Source of the DNA: Minisyncoccota bacterium | Lineage (GTDB): Bacteria > Patescibacteriota > Microgenomatia > UBA1400 > PJMF01 | Length of the DNA: 64,000 bases | Reading direction: 5' to 3' | Assembly (NCBI GenBank): GCA_009991965.1 | Contig: JAACWQ010000002.1 | Location: 81,617 to 145,616 of the forward strand | Part shown: positions 9,706 through 19,631 of the stretch, piece by piece | How positions within the stretch are numbered: position 1 is the stretch's first letter | Layout: every line of letters starts with the position of its first letter | Notes under the pieces: model-generated | What the model was told of the DNA's origin: nothing | Database searches by the model: none | Seen by the model: only the letters and a program-made list of their open reading frames with translations | Translations under genes and position numbers: made by a program

Positions 9706-11035
9706 TTTTGCATTTTGCGGAGGAGCTTACGGAGATGAGGGCAAGGGTCGCCTGGTTGATCAGTACGTCAGCGACTACGCCAAGCAAGGTCCAGTTGTCG
9801 TGTATAGAGACAACGGCGGTTCCAACGCGGGTCACACTGTTGCATTCGACAATACGAAAGTTGCCTTGCACCAACTACTTTCTGGCACTTTTATAAAAGG
9901 CGTAACGACGATTCTTGGTAAAGGCATGGTCTTACATCCCGGCGACTTACTCGAGGAAATTGCAACAGTTAAAGCAGCCACGGGCGGAACAGTTCCTGCC
10001 AAAATCCTGATTGACGAGATGGCGGTAGTTTTGCTCGACACGCACCGGGCCTATGAGGCGGTGCTGCAAGATTTTCAAACGGGTAACCGCGGTACCACTG
10101 GGCGGGGAATTTCACCAGCTTACGTAGATGTATTGTTGCGACACCCGATCCGTATGCGCGATCTAAAACCGTTTAACAAAGAAAAAATTACCAAACATTA
10201 TCGTCTATACCAGGCTATGTGCGCGGGGTTAGGGCAGAAGTTGGCAGAAAAGGAAGTGCTGACGCTGGCTGGTCCCAAGCAAGTTATCGGTAGTGAGGCT
10301 GCATTTCTCAAACGCGTGCAAGCGCAAGCAGCCGAGTTGGAGCAATTTATCTCAGGTGTTTTTGATGTGTTGCAGCGTGCTTGGACAGACAAAAAAACAG
10401 CTTGTGTGTTTGAAAAAGGCCAAGGAATCGGACTCGATGTGCGTTGGGGCGTGTACCCTGATTTCACTGCGTCCGAGACGACCTTTTCAGGTATTTTTTC
10501 CTCAACTGAAGGGATAGTTAATCCCAGAGATATCGAGATCCGAGCAGGTGTGATTAAAGCAACTTACATGTCGAGCGTCGGTATTCGCAAGTTGCCAAGC
10601 GCCATGGACGAAGCATTGGCACACCAAATCCGCGAAGATGCTGACGAGTACGGTGCAACCACCAAGCGGCCGCGTGACGTCGTACACATCGATATTCCCT
10701 CGCTGTCTTTTTTCGCCAAAGTGGGCGACGTTACCCATTTAGTCGCTACACATATGGATATCGTTTACAAAGATACACCAATTAAAGTTTGTGTTTCATA
10801 TACAAAAAATGGTAAAACCGTGCCGTATCGACCAGATCAAAAATATCTCAACACAGTTAAGCCAGTGTTCAAGCAGTTCGCTCCTTGGGATGTGGTTGCA
10901 CTGCGCAAAGCCAAGACTCGCGCGGAGTTGCCAGTAGCGGCGCGAAAGTACATAGCATTTTTAGAAAAAGCCATCGGTGTGCCAATGCTGATGATCACAA
11001 CGGGACCAAAGCGGGAAGAGGGGATTTTGCTGTAG
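9665..11035 (+). CDS. purA: adenylosuccinate synthetase
   Basis: GDEGKGR P-loop. GNAGHTV and TTKRPRD motifs. Start could be ATG at 9686. Confidence 0.9.
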   Translation: MHNRKDFMPPRPRSFAFCGGAYGDEGKGRLVDQYVSDYAKQGPVVVYRDNGGSNAGHTVAFDNTKVALHQLLSGTFIKGVTTILGKGMVLHPGDLLEEIATVKAATGGTVPAKILIDEMAVVLLDTHRAYEAVLQDFQTGNRGTTGRGISPAYVDVLLRHPIRMRDLKPFNKEKITKHYRLYQAMCAGLGQKLAEKEVLTLAGPKQVIGSEAAFLKRVQAQAAELEQFISGVFDVLQRAWTDKKTACVFEKGQGIGLDVRWGVYPDFTASETTFSGIFSSTEGIVNPRDIEIRAGVIKATYMSSVGIRKLPSAMDEALAHQIREDADEYGATTKRPRDVVHIDIPSLSFFAKVGDVTHLVATHMDIVYKDTPIKVCVSYTKNGKTVPYRPDQKYLNTVKPVFKQFAPWDVVALRKAKTRAELPVAARKYIAFLEKAIGVPMLMITTGPKREEGILL

Positions 11036-11155
11036 TCGTGCATTCTTGTGCTATACTACCCACCTCTGTAATAAACAGGTGCCCGAGTAGCTTGAAGTCC
11101 TGATTTTTCGCTACCGACACCATTTGCCTCAAACCGAGGCAGAAAAACAAGGACA

Positions 11156-11944
11156 ATGTATATGATGAAATCTTTTTTCGCTGAATTGCCAGATGTCGCT
11201 CCAGACTATAGTCTTGAGGAAATGCTTGAGGCAGGTTGCCACTTTGGCCACCAAAAAGTCAAATGGAACCCACGCATGGCAGAGTGGATTCACTCCGAAA
11301 AAGATGGCGTGCATATTTTTGACCTCATCAAGACCAAGGAACAGCTCCGAATTGCCCATAATGCCGCGTACAAACTCGGCCAAGAGGGTAAGAACCTCGT
11401 TATCGTCGGTACCAAACGCCAAGCAAGAGAAATAGTTGTCAAAGTCGCTCAAGAAAGTGGCGCACTCTATATCTTCTCGCGTTGGCTCGGTGGTCTTTTG
11501 ACCAACTGGGAGCAAGTGAAGTTGTCGCTCAAGCGCATGCAAAAAATTGCAGCCGGTTTGGCCGATGGTTCGTACAAAAGTTACACTAAGTTTGAGCAAG
11601 TTCAACTCGAGAAAGAGCTCAATCGTCTGCGCCGATTTTTCTCTGGTATTGAGACACTCAAAGAGCAACCAGATTGTTTGTTTGTAGTTGACACTGTTCG
11701 CGAGAAAATTGCAGTCCGTGAGGCAAGTCTCACTGGTGTTCCAGTTATCGGTATTTGTGATAGTAATGCAAATCCAGATCTGGTTGACATCTGTATTCCT
11801 GCCAATGACGACGCACAAAAAAGTCTTGAGCTTATCATAAATGCAGTTGCTGCTGGGTACGCAGCTGGCAAAGCAGCGCAAAAAAAGGTTAAAGCAAAGC
11901 CAAAAGCAGCCCCCGATTCGGTCAAAGCGGTAGAAACAAAGTAA
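11156..11944 (+). CDS. rpsB: 30S ribosomal protein S2
   Basis: EMLEAGCHFGHQ matches the S2 signature (AGVHFGHQ). Confidence 0.9.
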   Translation: MYMMKSFFAELPDVAPDYSLEEMLEAGCHFGHQKVKWNPRMAEWIHSEKDGVHIFDLIKTKEQLRIAHNAAYKLGQEGKNLVIVGTKRQAREIVVKVAQESGALYIFSRWLGGLLTNWEQVKLSLKRMQKIAAGLADGSYKSYTKFEQVQLEKELNRLRRFFSGIETLKEQPDCLFVVDTVREKIAVREASLTGVPVIGICDSNANPDLVDICIPANDDAQKSLELIINAVAAGYAAGKAAQKKVKAKPKAAPDSVKAVETK

Positions 11945-11952
11945 GGAGTCCA

Positions 11953-12411
11953 ATGTCATATTCAGCAGCAGATGTAAAAAAATTACGTGAAGAAACTGGC
12001 GCAGGAATCATGGATTGCAAAAAAGCACTCGAAGAGGCAAAGGGTGATTTCAAAAAAGCCATCGAGTTGGTCAAGGTCCGTGGTTTAGAGCGAGCAGAGA
12101 AGAAACAGGATAGGGAAACAACCGAAGGTTATGTGGCAAGTTATGTCCACAGCAATGGCAAGTTGGCTTCTCTGGTAGAACTCGTTTGTGAGACAGATTT
12201 TGTTGCCCGCAATGATGAATTCCGTTCGCTCGGTCAAAATATTGCCATGCAAGTTGTTTCGATGCAGCCAGAAACAGTCGAAGAGTTACTCGAGCAAGAG
12301 TTTATCAAAGACGGTAGTGTAACTATTGGTCTTTTGATCAAAGCACTTACCGGCAAAGTTGGCGAGAAGATCGCGGTTAAACGTTTTGTTCGGTATCAGG
12401 TTGGGGAGTAG
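11953..12411 (+). CDS. tsf: elongation factor Ts (short form)
   Basis: VKKLREETGAGIMDCKKALEE is the EF-Ts N-terminal UBA-like signature. Only 152 aa. Confidence 0.75.
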   Translation: MSYSAADVKKLREETGAGIMDCKKALEEAKGDFKKAIELVKVRGLERAEKKQDRETTEGYVASYVHSNGKLASLVELVCETDFVARNDEFRSLGQNIAMQVVSMQPETVEELLEQEFIKDGSVTIGLLIKALTGKVGEKIAVKRFVRYQVGE

Positions 12412-12709
12412 GCTGTTCATCAGTTTTAATCTCAAAACTACTCTTATCCTTTAGTTTGCTAGGTAGAGTCCCAAATCTTCGCCCAACAAGAGCTTGTTCT
12501 GAGCTTACGGTTATCTCTAGCCAGTAAACTTTTCCACTGTGAATAATCTTTGCTTTGGTGCCAGCAGGCACATCTAATCTTTCGAAATCTATGCGATTTT
12601 GTACAGCGGATTTGGAAAATGTTCTGGTTAGCTCAGTGACAAAAACCACTTCTGTACCAACTGGAATTGTATCTTTAATTATGGGAGAGAGAGATTCTGT
12701 GTTAGGCAT
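12377..12709 (-). CDS. hypothetical protein
   Basis: 110-aa ORF, divergent from the next gene. No motif recognised. Confidence 0.35.
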   Translation of the reverse strand: MPNTESLSPIIKDTIPVGTEVVFVTELTRTFSKSAVQNRIDFERLDVPAGTKAKIIHSGKVYWLEITVSSEQALVGRRFGTLPSKLKDKSSFEIKTDEQPTPQPDTEQNV

Positions 12710-12829
12710 ATTTTAGTCCCATCATTTTTTGCTATTTGTTACTATATCAAAGTATAGTATATCACTCGAAATAAACGTTTTGATAGAGAGTGAAGTGCTA
12801 GAATTGACAAGATTTGATATACTCTCAGA

Positions 12830-13375
12830 ATGAGACAAGCAGAGCAGCCACCAGCTTATTGTTGGGTTAAGGACGCAATAAAGGCAGGTGACAGACCTCA
12901 ACTATTCTGGCCACTGAGTTTAAAAGACGGGACTGAACTCAGAAATATCACCCCGTATGCAATTATTCAGCCGAGAAGCACCAAGCCTGAAGAAGATTTC
13001 GGTGAGCTTCGCCTATTCTATTTAGATGAAAACGATAAATATGGAGACGTCAGAGTATGTGATGTTGATGGTATGAATGTTGTACAAGGAACTGGTAGAT
13101 ATGAAGGTAAGTTATTAGTTGAATTTACCTATTTTGCAGCAACGGACGACAAAGACATATTTGTAGCAGAGGAATATCCTCGCCAAATATTTGTGACATA
13201 TTTATATCAACACAAGCATCCAGATCCCGATGGTATTTCACACTTTTCTTTAGTTGGAAATGATGCAAATGGTGATGCTGATCAGCACTTTCCGCTCTGG
13301 CAAATCGATGGCTTGTATGCCGCAAGAGGTGAGAGTTGGACACAAGTAAATTTAGATAAAGACGTCGAGGAGTAA
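12830..13375 (+). CDS. hypothetical protein
   Basis: 181-aa ORF. A -10-like TGATATACT lies 6 nt upstream of the ATG, so the mRNA may be leaderless. Confidence 0.5.
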   Translation: MRQAEQPPAYCWVKDAIKAGDRPQLFWPLSLKDGTELRNITPYAIIQPRSTKPEEDFGELRLFYLDENDKYGDVRVCDVDGMNVVQGTGRYEGKLLVEFTYFAATDDKDIFVAEEYPRQIFVTYLYQHKHPDPDGISHFSLVGNDANGDADQHFPLWQIDGLYAARGESWTQVNLDKDVEE

Positions 13376-13398
13376 TAGGGTAGAATCAACGCTACCGT

Positions 13399-14583
13399 AT
13401 GTCCTCTGATTTCTCCTTCAAACTACAATCTACCCTTGGTTCGGCTCGCGCAGGCCAGATAACCACTCCGCATGGCGTGGTCAGTACGCCCATGTTTATG
13501 CCAGTCGGCACCGTAGCGAGTGTGAAGGCGCTCGACATGCAGGATGTTAAAGACACTGGTGCTGAGATCATTTTGGCCAATACCTATCATCTCGGTATTC
13601 GTGAACAGTCTCTTGCTGCAATTGAAGCAAGTGGGGGCATTCACAACTTTATGAACTGGCAGCTGCCAGTTCTAACAGACTCAGGTGGATTTCAGGTTTT
13701 TTCACTTGGCGCACAATTACCGCATAATTCCGGCACTATTCCCGCAAAGGTTGATGATTCGGGTGTTTTATTTCGCTCACACCTGGACGGGAGCAAACAA
13801 TTTTTCACTGCAGAGCGTTCAGTCGAGCTCCAGCGGACGATCGGCGCTGATATTATTATGGCGTTTGATGATGTGCAGCCCGATGCTTTTACTTTACCCC
13901 AGGCGAGAGCGTCACTTGATCGCACCCATGCTTGGGCGGAACGCTGTCTTGTGCACTGGAACCGGCACGAACGTCGCAGTCGCTACGGTAAGTACCAAGC
14001 CTTGTTTGGCATTGCTCAGGGTGGACTCCACAAAGAACTTCGACAAGAATCGGTCCAGTTTATGGTTGACCATGAGTTTGATGGTATTGCGATTGGTGGT
14101 GAAACGATTGGCTATAACAGCAATGGTACGAAAGAGATAATGGATTGGGTACGCGAGCTGTTGCCAAAAGACAAACCACGCTATGCGATGGGAATGGGGC
14201 GAGACTTGTCTGACGTCGCGCTGGCTGCCAATATCGGTTTTGATATGTTCGACTGTGTCGGTCCGACACGCCTCGCCCGCAATGGCGCACTCTTGGTTGG
14301 CAACATCGTTTATGAGGATGAAGAATTTCGTGTAGTATCGCCATTTGCTCGAGGAAGATTGGCAATTGGGCGACAAGAGTTCAACAAAGATTTTTCGGCC
14401 ATAGATGCAGGCTGCGATTGCTACACCTGCAGAGCAGGGTACTCCAGAGCATATTTACGACACTTATATCGCAGTAAGGAACTGAGTTACTATCGTTTAG
14501 CCAGTATTCACAACGTGCGCGCCATGTTGCGAGCGGTACAAAGCGTTCGTCGAATAATTTTGCAAGAAGGAGCAGGGGAGTGA
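13399..14583 (+). CDS. tgt: queuine tRNA-ribosyltransferase
   Basis: TPHGVV.TP.FMPVGT N-terminus. Zn-binding CDCYTC motif. DxxDCV motif. Confidence 0.9.
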   Translation: MSSDFSFKLQSTLGSARAGQITTPHGVVSTPMFMPVGTVASVKALDMQDVKDTGAEIILANTYHLGIREQSLAAIEASGGIHNFMNWQLPVLTDSGGFQVFSLGAQLPHNSGTIPAKVDDSGVLFRSHLDGSKQFFTAERSVELQRTIGADIIMAFDDVQPDAFTLPQARASLDRTHAWAERCLVHWNRHERRSRYGKYQALFGIAQGGLHKELRQESVQFMVDHEFDGIAIGGETIGYNSNGTKEIMDWVRELLPKDKPRYAMGMGRDLSDVALAANIGFDMFDCVGPTRLARNGALLVGNIVYEDEEFRVVSPFARGRLAIGRQEFNKDFSAIDAGCDCYTCRAGYSRAYLRHLYRSKELSYYRLASIHNVRAMLRAVQSVRRIILQEGAGE

Positions 14584-15455
14584 AATTTTTTTTGGCCCGA
14601 TTCGCATTTATCATAGCAACAGTCGCCGTGGTAGGTTGGTTGTGCTGGACAATTGGCTTCAAATTTCTCCAAACGCACACACCATTCAAAGACGAAATAA
14701 TAATACTCACTTCAACCGTTATTGACGACAATAAGGGTATTTTTATCATCGCACATGTTGGTTCTCAAGTCCCAAAACCTAGTCTTCATACATTGTCGGG
14801 CAAGACGATTGTCACCCTACCCGAAGCGTATGGCGAGTATGAGTTGGGAGCTGTGTTGCCATTGCTGGATTTGGAAGGAAAAACAACAGCATACAAGCAA
14901 GCAGTGTTTTCCAGAATTTTAACTGTACCGGTGAGTAGCTTTTTGGCGGTGCAAGAACCGGTGACAGTTGCGGCAGATTTTTCTCAGTTGTGCCGGGTGC
15001 TCCAACGTACTGCATTTGAGAAATTGCGACGGTTTGAGCTGCCTTGGCAAGAAGTCGCGCTGCTGCCACTTTTAAAAAACCAACAAGTAGAAACACTTTC
15101 TACTTCACTCGAGGAAATGCAAGCCCAATTGCAAACAGCAATGATCCGGTCAGTCTCTCGTTCTGAGTTAGCTTGTACGTTGGCAATTGTGAATACGACG
15201 GAAGAAAGTGGTTTGGCACGGCAACTCGCCACAGTCTTGGAACAAGGTGGTGTACGCGTGGTGCGAATTACTGATACTTCGCAACTGCAAGAGCACTCAA
15301 AGTTGCTCATGGATACCAACCGAACAGAGTGTGCCTGGATCGTGCCGCTCGTGCGTTCGTGGTTTTTTACTGATATAGCCGTGGAACAAGATAGTGAAGC
15401 CGAACAAATCTATCGTGCTTGGGGCGTGGTATTTATTGGTTCAGACGCGCATTAA
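14580..15455 (+). CDS. membrane-anchored protein with LytR C-terminal-like domain (possible LCP family)
   Basis: N-terminal TM. C-terminal LAIVNTTEESGLARQLATVLEQGGVRVV resembles a LytR_C domain. Weak call. Confidence 0.35.
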   Translation: MKFFLARFAFIIATVAVVGWLCWTIGFKFLQTHTPFKDEIIILTSTVIDDNKGIFIIAHVGSQVPKPSLHTLSGKTIVTLPEAYGEYELGAVLPLLDLEGKTTAYKQAVFSRILTVPVSSFLAVQEPVTVAADFSQLCRVLQRTAFEKLRRFELPWQEVALLPLLKNQQVETLSTSLEEMQAQLQTAMIRSVSRSELACTLAIVNTTEESGLARQLATVLEQGGVRVVRITDTSQLQEHSKLLMDTNRTECAWIVPLVRSWFFTDIAVEQDSEAEQIYRAWGVVFIGSDAH

Positions 15456-16261
15456 AGCGCAGTTTCGGTGGTGAATTTTTCTTCGTCGGAAATATCATCA
15501 AAAGCTTTTGGTTCGACATCCGCATCATGATTGGTGATCTCAACCGGAATTTCTTCGTTTAGGAGTACATATTCATCGTTTTCTTGTGTGACGACAGTGC
15601 TGATGCGCGAGATTGGAAATGAGTGCTTATCTTTGTTGCGCACCGAGCGGTGTGTTTCTTTCAGATAGACGTCTACATGATTTGGGGCTACGGAATGAAT
15701 AGAACAATGGTAGGTGTTACCAGTTTGTAGCAACTTTGAAAGTCGAAATGAGATATCTTCAGGCAGAGAGCCAATATATTTGTCTGCCACTTCAATTGAG
15801 ATATATCGTTGTTTGAGCTTGAACTCGCAAGTTTGACCAACTGAAAGTGACTCGAGAGCTGGTTTGCCAGCAAGGCGATGTAGCTCAACGATTCTGGTTT
15901 TGCCTGGTTCTTCAATAAATTCTTGTGTAAAAAAGGCTGGTGCTTGGAGTGGTTTTTTGTTTTTGATCGCGGTAAGGTGTTTTTTTGCAATGAGGTTGGT
16001 CCGGTCGTGTCCGAGCGCTTGTTCAAATGCAGCCTTGGCCTTATTTATCTGTTTCAGCTGTAGATACGCTACACCCAAGCGGTTAAGCGCAAGAGTGTTT
16101 TTTGGTTCTTGCTCGAGAAGCTCCTTATTGGAAGAAACCACTTGGTTCCAATCGCCCTGTTTGGCGGCAGTAATGGCTTGTTGTTTCAATGAGAGAGAAG
16201 TTTGCATAGCAAAAGCGCTGTACGCTCGCGGAAGAATAGCGTTATCACTTGCAATTGTCAA
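15452..16261 (-). CDS. TPR-repeat protein
   Basis: N-terminal half has TPR-like repeats (ALNRLGVAYLQLKQINKAKAAFEQAL). C-terminal half is unknown. Confidence 0.5.
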   Translation of the reverse strand: MTIASDNAILPRAYSAFAMQTSLSLKQQAITAAKQGDWNQVVSSNKELLEQEPKNTLALNRLGVAYLQLKQINKAKAAFEQALGHDRTNLIAKKHLTAIKNKKPLQAPAFFTQEFIEEPGKTRIVELHRLAGKPALESLSVGQTCEFKLKQRYISIEVADKYIGSLPEDISFRLSKLLQTGNTYHCSIHSVAPNHVDVYLKETHRSVRNKDKHSFPISRISTVVTQENDEYVLLNEEIPVEITNHDADVEPKAFDDISDEEKFTTETAL

Positions 16262-16286
16262 CCATAACTTGGGGTTTGTTGGCGGT

Positions 16287-16292
16287 ATATAA
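16287..16292 (+). promoter_or_regulatory. -10-like TATAAT upstream of yebC
   Basis: TATAAT lies 11 nt upstream of the yebC ATG, which would give a near-leaderless transcript. Sequence only. Confidence 0.25.
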
Positions 16293-16303
16293 TAGAAAGC
16301 AAT

Positions 16304-16870
16304 ATGTCAGGTCATAGCAAATGGAATAACATCAAAAACAGAAAAGGTGCGGCAGATGCCAAAAAGGGCAAAGTTTTTGGTGAAATAGGCAAGTTGATTC
16401 GTATTGCGGTGAAGGAAGGGGGAAGTGTTGACCCTGCAAGTAATCCTGGACTTCGTTTGGCGCTCGAGAAAGCCCGGACTACGAATATGCCACGGGTGAA
16501 CATCGATCGCGCACTGAATAAAGGTATGGGGAAGAGTTCCACAGGGGGAGCAATTCAAGAGGTGCTGTACGAGGCATTTGGCCCAGGTGGTGTTGCGCTC
16601 CTGATTGAAGCAGTCACCGACAATGCCAACAGAACAAGTTCGGAAGTCAAATTTGCCTTAACACGCAATCAAGGCACTCTCTCAGGACCAGGCTCTGCAC
16701 AGTTTTTGTTTCAAAAGGTGACCGAAGCAGGGACGCTGCGATACGTGCCAGTTCAACCACAACCAATTGACGAACAACAGCAAGAAACATTTGAATCACT
16801 CCTTGATGCGCTCAAGGATCTCGAGGATGTCGAAGAAATTTATACTACGGCACAATATGAGACGGCGTGA
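16304..16870 (+). CDS. yebC: YebC/PmpR family DNA-binding regulator (short)
   Basis: HSKWNNIK...KKGKVF is the YebC family N-terminus. 188 aa, shorter than the usual ~240. Confidence 0.8.
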   Translation: MSGHSKWNNIKNRKGAADAKKGKVFGEIGKLIRIAVKEGGSVDPASNPGLRLALEKARTTNMPRVNIDRALNKGMGKSSTGGAIQEVLYEAFGPGGVALLIEAVTDNANRTSSEVKFALTRNQGTLSGPGSAQFLFQKVTEAGTLRYVPVQPQPIDEQQQETFESLLDALKDLEDVEEIYTTAQYETA

Positions 16871-17624
16871 AAAATTTGTTCTCAGCGCAATCATTCTTAG
16901 TTTTGGGCTTTTGGGATTGCAGTATGTCAGTCTAGAGCTGCGGTACTTTGCAGTTGCAGCACTTGGTTTGGTCTCGTACGGAGTTTGCAGTTGGGCGTTA
17001 TCTGAAGACCTCCAGAGAATAGAGTTACTGCTTCTAGTGCCAGTTCCTGCCTTGTTCACGACGGCCGTCGGCTTATTTTACTTTTTGCTGCCGAGCGACA
17101 TTCTCTCTAAGATCGTTTTACTCTCAATATTTGGTATTGGTGTATACGCAAATCTTCTCACCGCGAACATTTACTCGGTTGCCAAAGGTAGAACGATTCA
17201 ACTACTACATGCTGCGCACGCGATTGGCCTCTTTTTGACGCTTATTACCTCCTTGCTGATAACCAACACAATTTTTTCACTTAACCTGCCATTTTATGTT
17301 GTGGGAGGCTTGGTTGCAGTGAGTCATTTTCCGCTGGTTTTATCGGCCTTATGGGTAGTGCAGTTAACCAAAAAAATAGAAAGAAACATTGTTCAATCAA
17401 GCTTTTTACTTGTTTTCTTGTTAGTACAATTTGCAATTGTCCTTTCGTTCTTGCCATATAGCGTCTGGTACACTTCGCTGTTCTTGATGTCAGCCTTATA
17501 TCTCGGCATCAGTGTCTTACGAAACTATCTTATCGAACGGCTGTTTTCGCGTGCTTTAGTCGAGTACACACTCGTTTTTATCTTCGTTGCAGGTCTTTTT
17601 ATAGCAAACTTTCCCCTCAAGTAG
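16857..17624 (+). CDS. polytopic membrane protein
   Basis: ATG at 16857 overlaps the yebC stop. About 8 TM helices. Confidence 0.5.
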   Translation: MRRREKFVLSAIILSFGLLGLQYVSLELRYFAVAALGLVSYGVCSWALSEDLQRIELLLLVPVPALFTTAVGLFYFLLPSDILSKIVLLSIFGIGVYANLLTANIYSVAKGRTIQLLHAAHAIGLFLTLITSLLITNTIFSLNLPFYVVGGLVAVSHFPLVLSALWVVQLTKKIERNIVQSSFLLVFLLVQFAIVLSFLPYSVWYTSLFLMSALYLGISVLRNYLIERLFSRALVEYTLVFIFVAGLFIANFPLK

Positions 17625-18123
17625 GGGAGAACAAGAGGGAATCAGCCTGGTTTTTTAGGGGTATTGCTTTAGTACCTGCTGAGGATTGGCTAGAGTCCCA
17701 AAAGCAGCATTTTTACCGAGTTTGTGTGGGCGTTTATTGGTAGTTTTATATTTTGTAATCGAAGAAAATGGGGTAGAGTGACAAAAAAGAGAACCAGGCG
17801 AAAAAAGGGAAGAGTGATATAGTTTGATATACTTGTGATTGTGTGGATAACTTTAATAATTATAGGACTTTACCAGGTTAGAATGCAGGAATTATGCAAT
17901 TATTATGATGTATGTGATCGTGAAACGCAGAATACCCGAAGCCTTATTTGCAGAATCCTCGGAGGAGTGCTGTTCCTGGCAGAGCCACTATTTCTAAGTA
18001 ATTCATTAGTATGCACAAAGCAGACATGGAATGTGACATACGTTTCCAATTAGTAGCTTGTTCCTCACTCTCCCCACGCAAAAGGAGCGATTTTGTCTTC
18101 AGAGCGTTACTGGTGTTTGTTCT

Positions 18124-18152
18124 ATGTCGCACAATATTACTTTTGCGACATA
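18124..18152. repeat. inverted repeat ATGTCGCA-N13-TGCGACAT
   Basis: Perfect 8-bp inverted repeat with 13-nt spacer, ~520 nt upstream of the recombinase gene. Weak resemblance to a dif half-site (GCGACATAATGT). Confidence 0.3.
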
Positions 18153-18677
18153 ATGTCTGATTGTGACGAGAGTGCTGTTTTGTTGCAAATATTCTGCTGC
18201 GTTGTTCTTTAGTTAATCTACATTTCTTGTAACACTAGAAACTCCCTCTATCTCAACGTATATTTGCCCGTCTTTTAAATAAAAAGCCGTTTTTGGGCTA
18301 TTTCGGAGGTCAGAATATTACTCGAGTGATTCATAAGGTTGATACATCAATTAATAAATGATATTGATAGTTGTATTTTTTTTGAGAAATTAGTAATTTG
18401 AGGAAATTCGTTGTTTTTGTTTAGCGTCTGCTTGTTAGCTTTTATTTTTTGTTGAGCCCCAAGCTTGTCCAAGGACTGAAGCTGGTAGTCGCCAGGCAAT
18501 GTCGTTGGGTAGCTTTGGTGTGTATTAGATAGTAATCAAACAGTATCAAATAATAACAAACTATTTCAAATTTATTGTTATTATAAACATTGATACACCA
18601 GTCTTTTCTTGACTTACTCTAGATTATCAGTCAATTCTCTTCTCTGCTAGTTTTGGCTTGAGGTTTATAATGGGCGA

Positions 18678-19631
18678 ATGGCTATAGTATCTACAGATCC
18701 CAGTGTTGCACTCACCTTGTTTCTTGAGCACCTTGAAGTGGAGCGAAACGTCAGTCGCTTAACCATCCGCAACTACAGACACTATTTGCAGCGCTTTTGT
18801 GACTGGTTTAACCAGGCAGGACATGAAGATCTGCGCAAATTAGATCTCGAGGTAGTACGGCAGTACAGAGTATACCTCTCGAGGTACAGTGATGAACAGG
18901 GTAGAACCCTCTCAAAACGTACACAAAGCTATTATACTATTGCTTTACGCAGCTGGCTCAAGTTTTTGATAAAACGAGACGCTCCAGTCTTGCACCCAGA
19001 GAAAATCGATCTGCCTCGCGGTGAGTCTCTTCCAATGAAGTTTCTCTCAATTGATAAGGTAGAAAATTTATTGTCACAGCCGTCTATTTCTACTATATCG
19101 GGCTTGCGTGATAAGGCAATATTGGAGGTCCTCTTCTCTACCGGACTCCGGGTAAGTGAGCTCGTAAACCTCAATCGAGAGCAAATCAATCTAGAAAGCC
19201 AAGAATTTGGAGTTATTGGCAAAGGACGTCGTCCTCGAGTAGTCTTCTTGAGTGATAGAGCTGTCTCTTGGTTGGATCGCTGGCTTCGTCAGAGGCAAGA
19301 TCATTGGCGTCCTGTTTTTATTCGTTTTTCTGGAAAAATAGCGACCCCGGATGAGGACGGAGAAAACATGCGTTTAACAACTCGAAGCATACAAAGAATT
19401 GTTGATATCTATGCCAAGAAGGCGCATCTGCCACTTAAGATAAGTCCACACGGCCTCAGGCACAGTTTTGCAACTGACCTTTTGGCCAACGGCGCTGGCC
19501 TTCGAGACGTTCAAGAAATGCTTGGACATAAAAGTATTGCCACGACGCAAATTTACACGCATGTGACTCGTCCACAGCTAAAAAAGATTCACCAGCGATT
19601 TCACTCGAAGGAACCTCAAGGCCAAAATTAG
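18678..19631 (+). CDS. tyrosine site-specific recombinase (XerC/XerD family)
   Basis: C-terminal catalytic region LRHSFATDLLANGAGLRDVQEMLGHKSIATTQIYTHV contains the R-H-R-Y motifs. N-terminal SAM-like core-binding domain. Confidence 0.85.
   Translation: MAIVSTDPSVALTLFLEHLEVERNVSRLTIRNYRHYLQRFCDWFNQAGHEDLRKLDLEVVRQYRVYLSRYSDEQGRTLSKRTQSYYTIALRSWLKFLIKRDAPVLHPEKIDLPRGESLPMKFLSIDKVENLLSQPSISTISGLRDKAILEVLFSTGLRVSELVNLNREQINLESQEFGVIGKGRRPRVVFLSDRAVSWLDRWLRQRQDHWRPVFIRFSGKIATPDEDGENMRLTTRSIQRIVDIYAKKAHLPLKISPHGLRHSFATDLLANGAGLRDVQEMLGHKSIATTQIYTHVTRPQLKKIHQRFHSKEPQGQN

Noticed and set aside
11129-11959. 276-aa minus-strand ORF spanning the rpsB locus
   Set aside because: It is fully antisense to a clear S2 ribosomal protein gene. 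The translation is low-complexity and Cys-rich with no motif. A shadow ORF.
13685-14376. Several ORFs of 100-154 aa antisense or out of frame within tgt
   Set aside because: They overlap a well-supported tgt gene. No motifs.
17625-18677. Search of the 1 kb non-coding gap for tmRNA, SRP RNA, 6S RNA or a CRISPR array
   Set aside because: No tRNA-like 3' end (GGTTCGA...CCA), no SRP GGAAGGAAGCAGC-like motif and no regularly spaced direct repeats were seen. The only ORFs, 17835-18053 and 17944-18132, are 62-72 aa and low-complexity, so they were not called.
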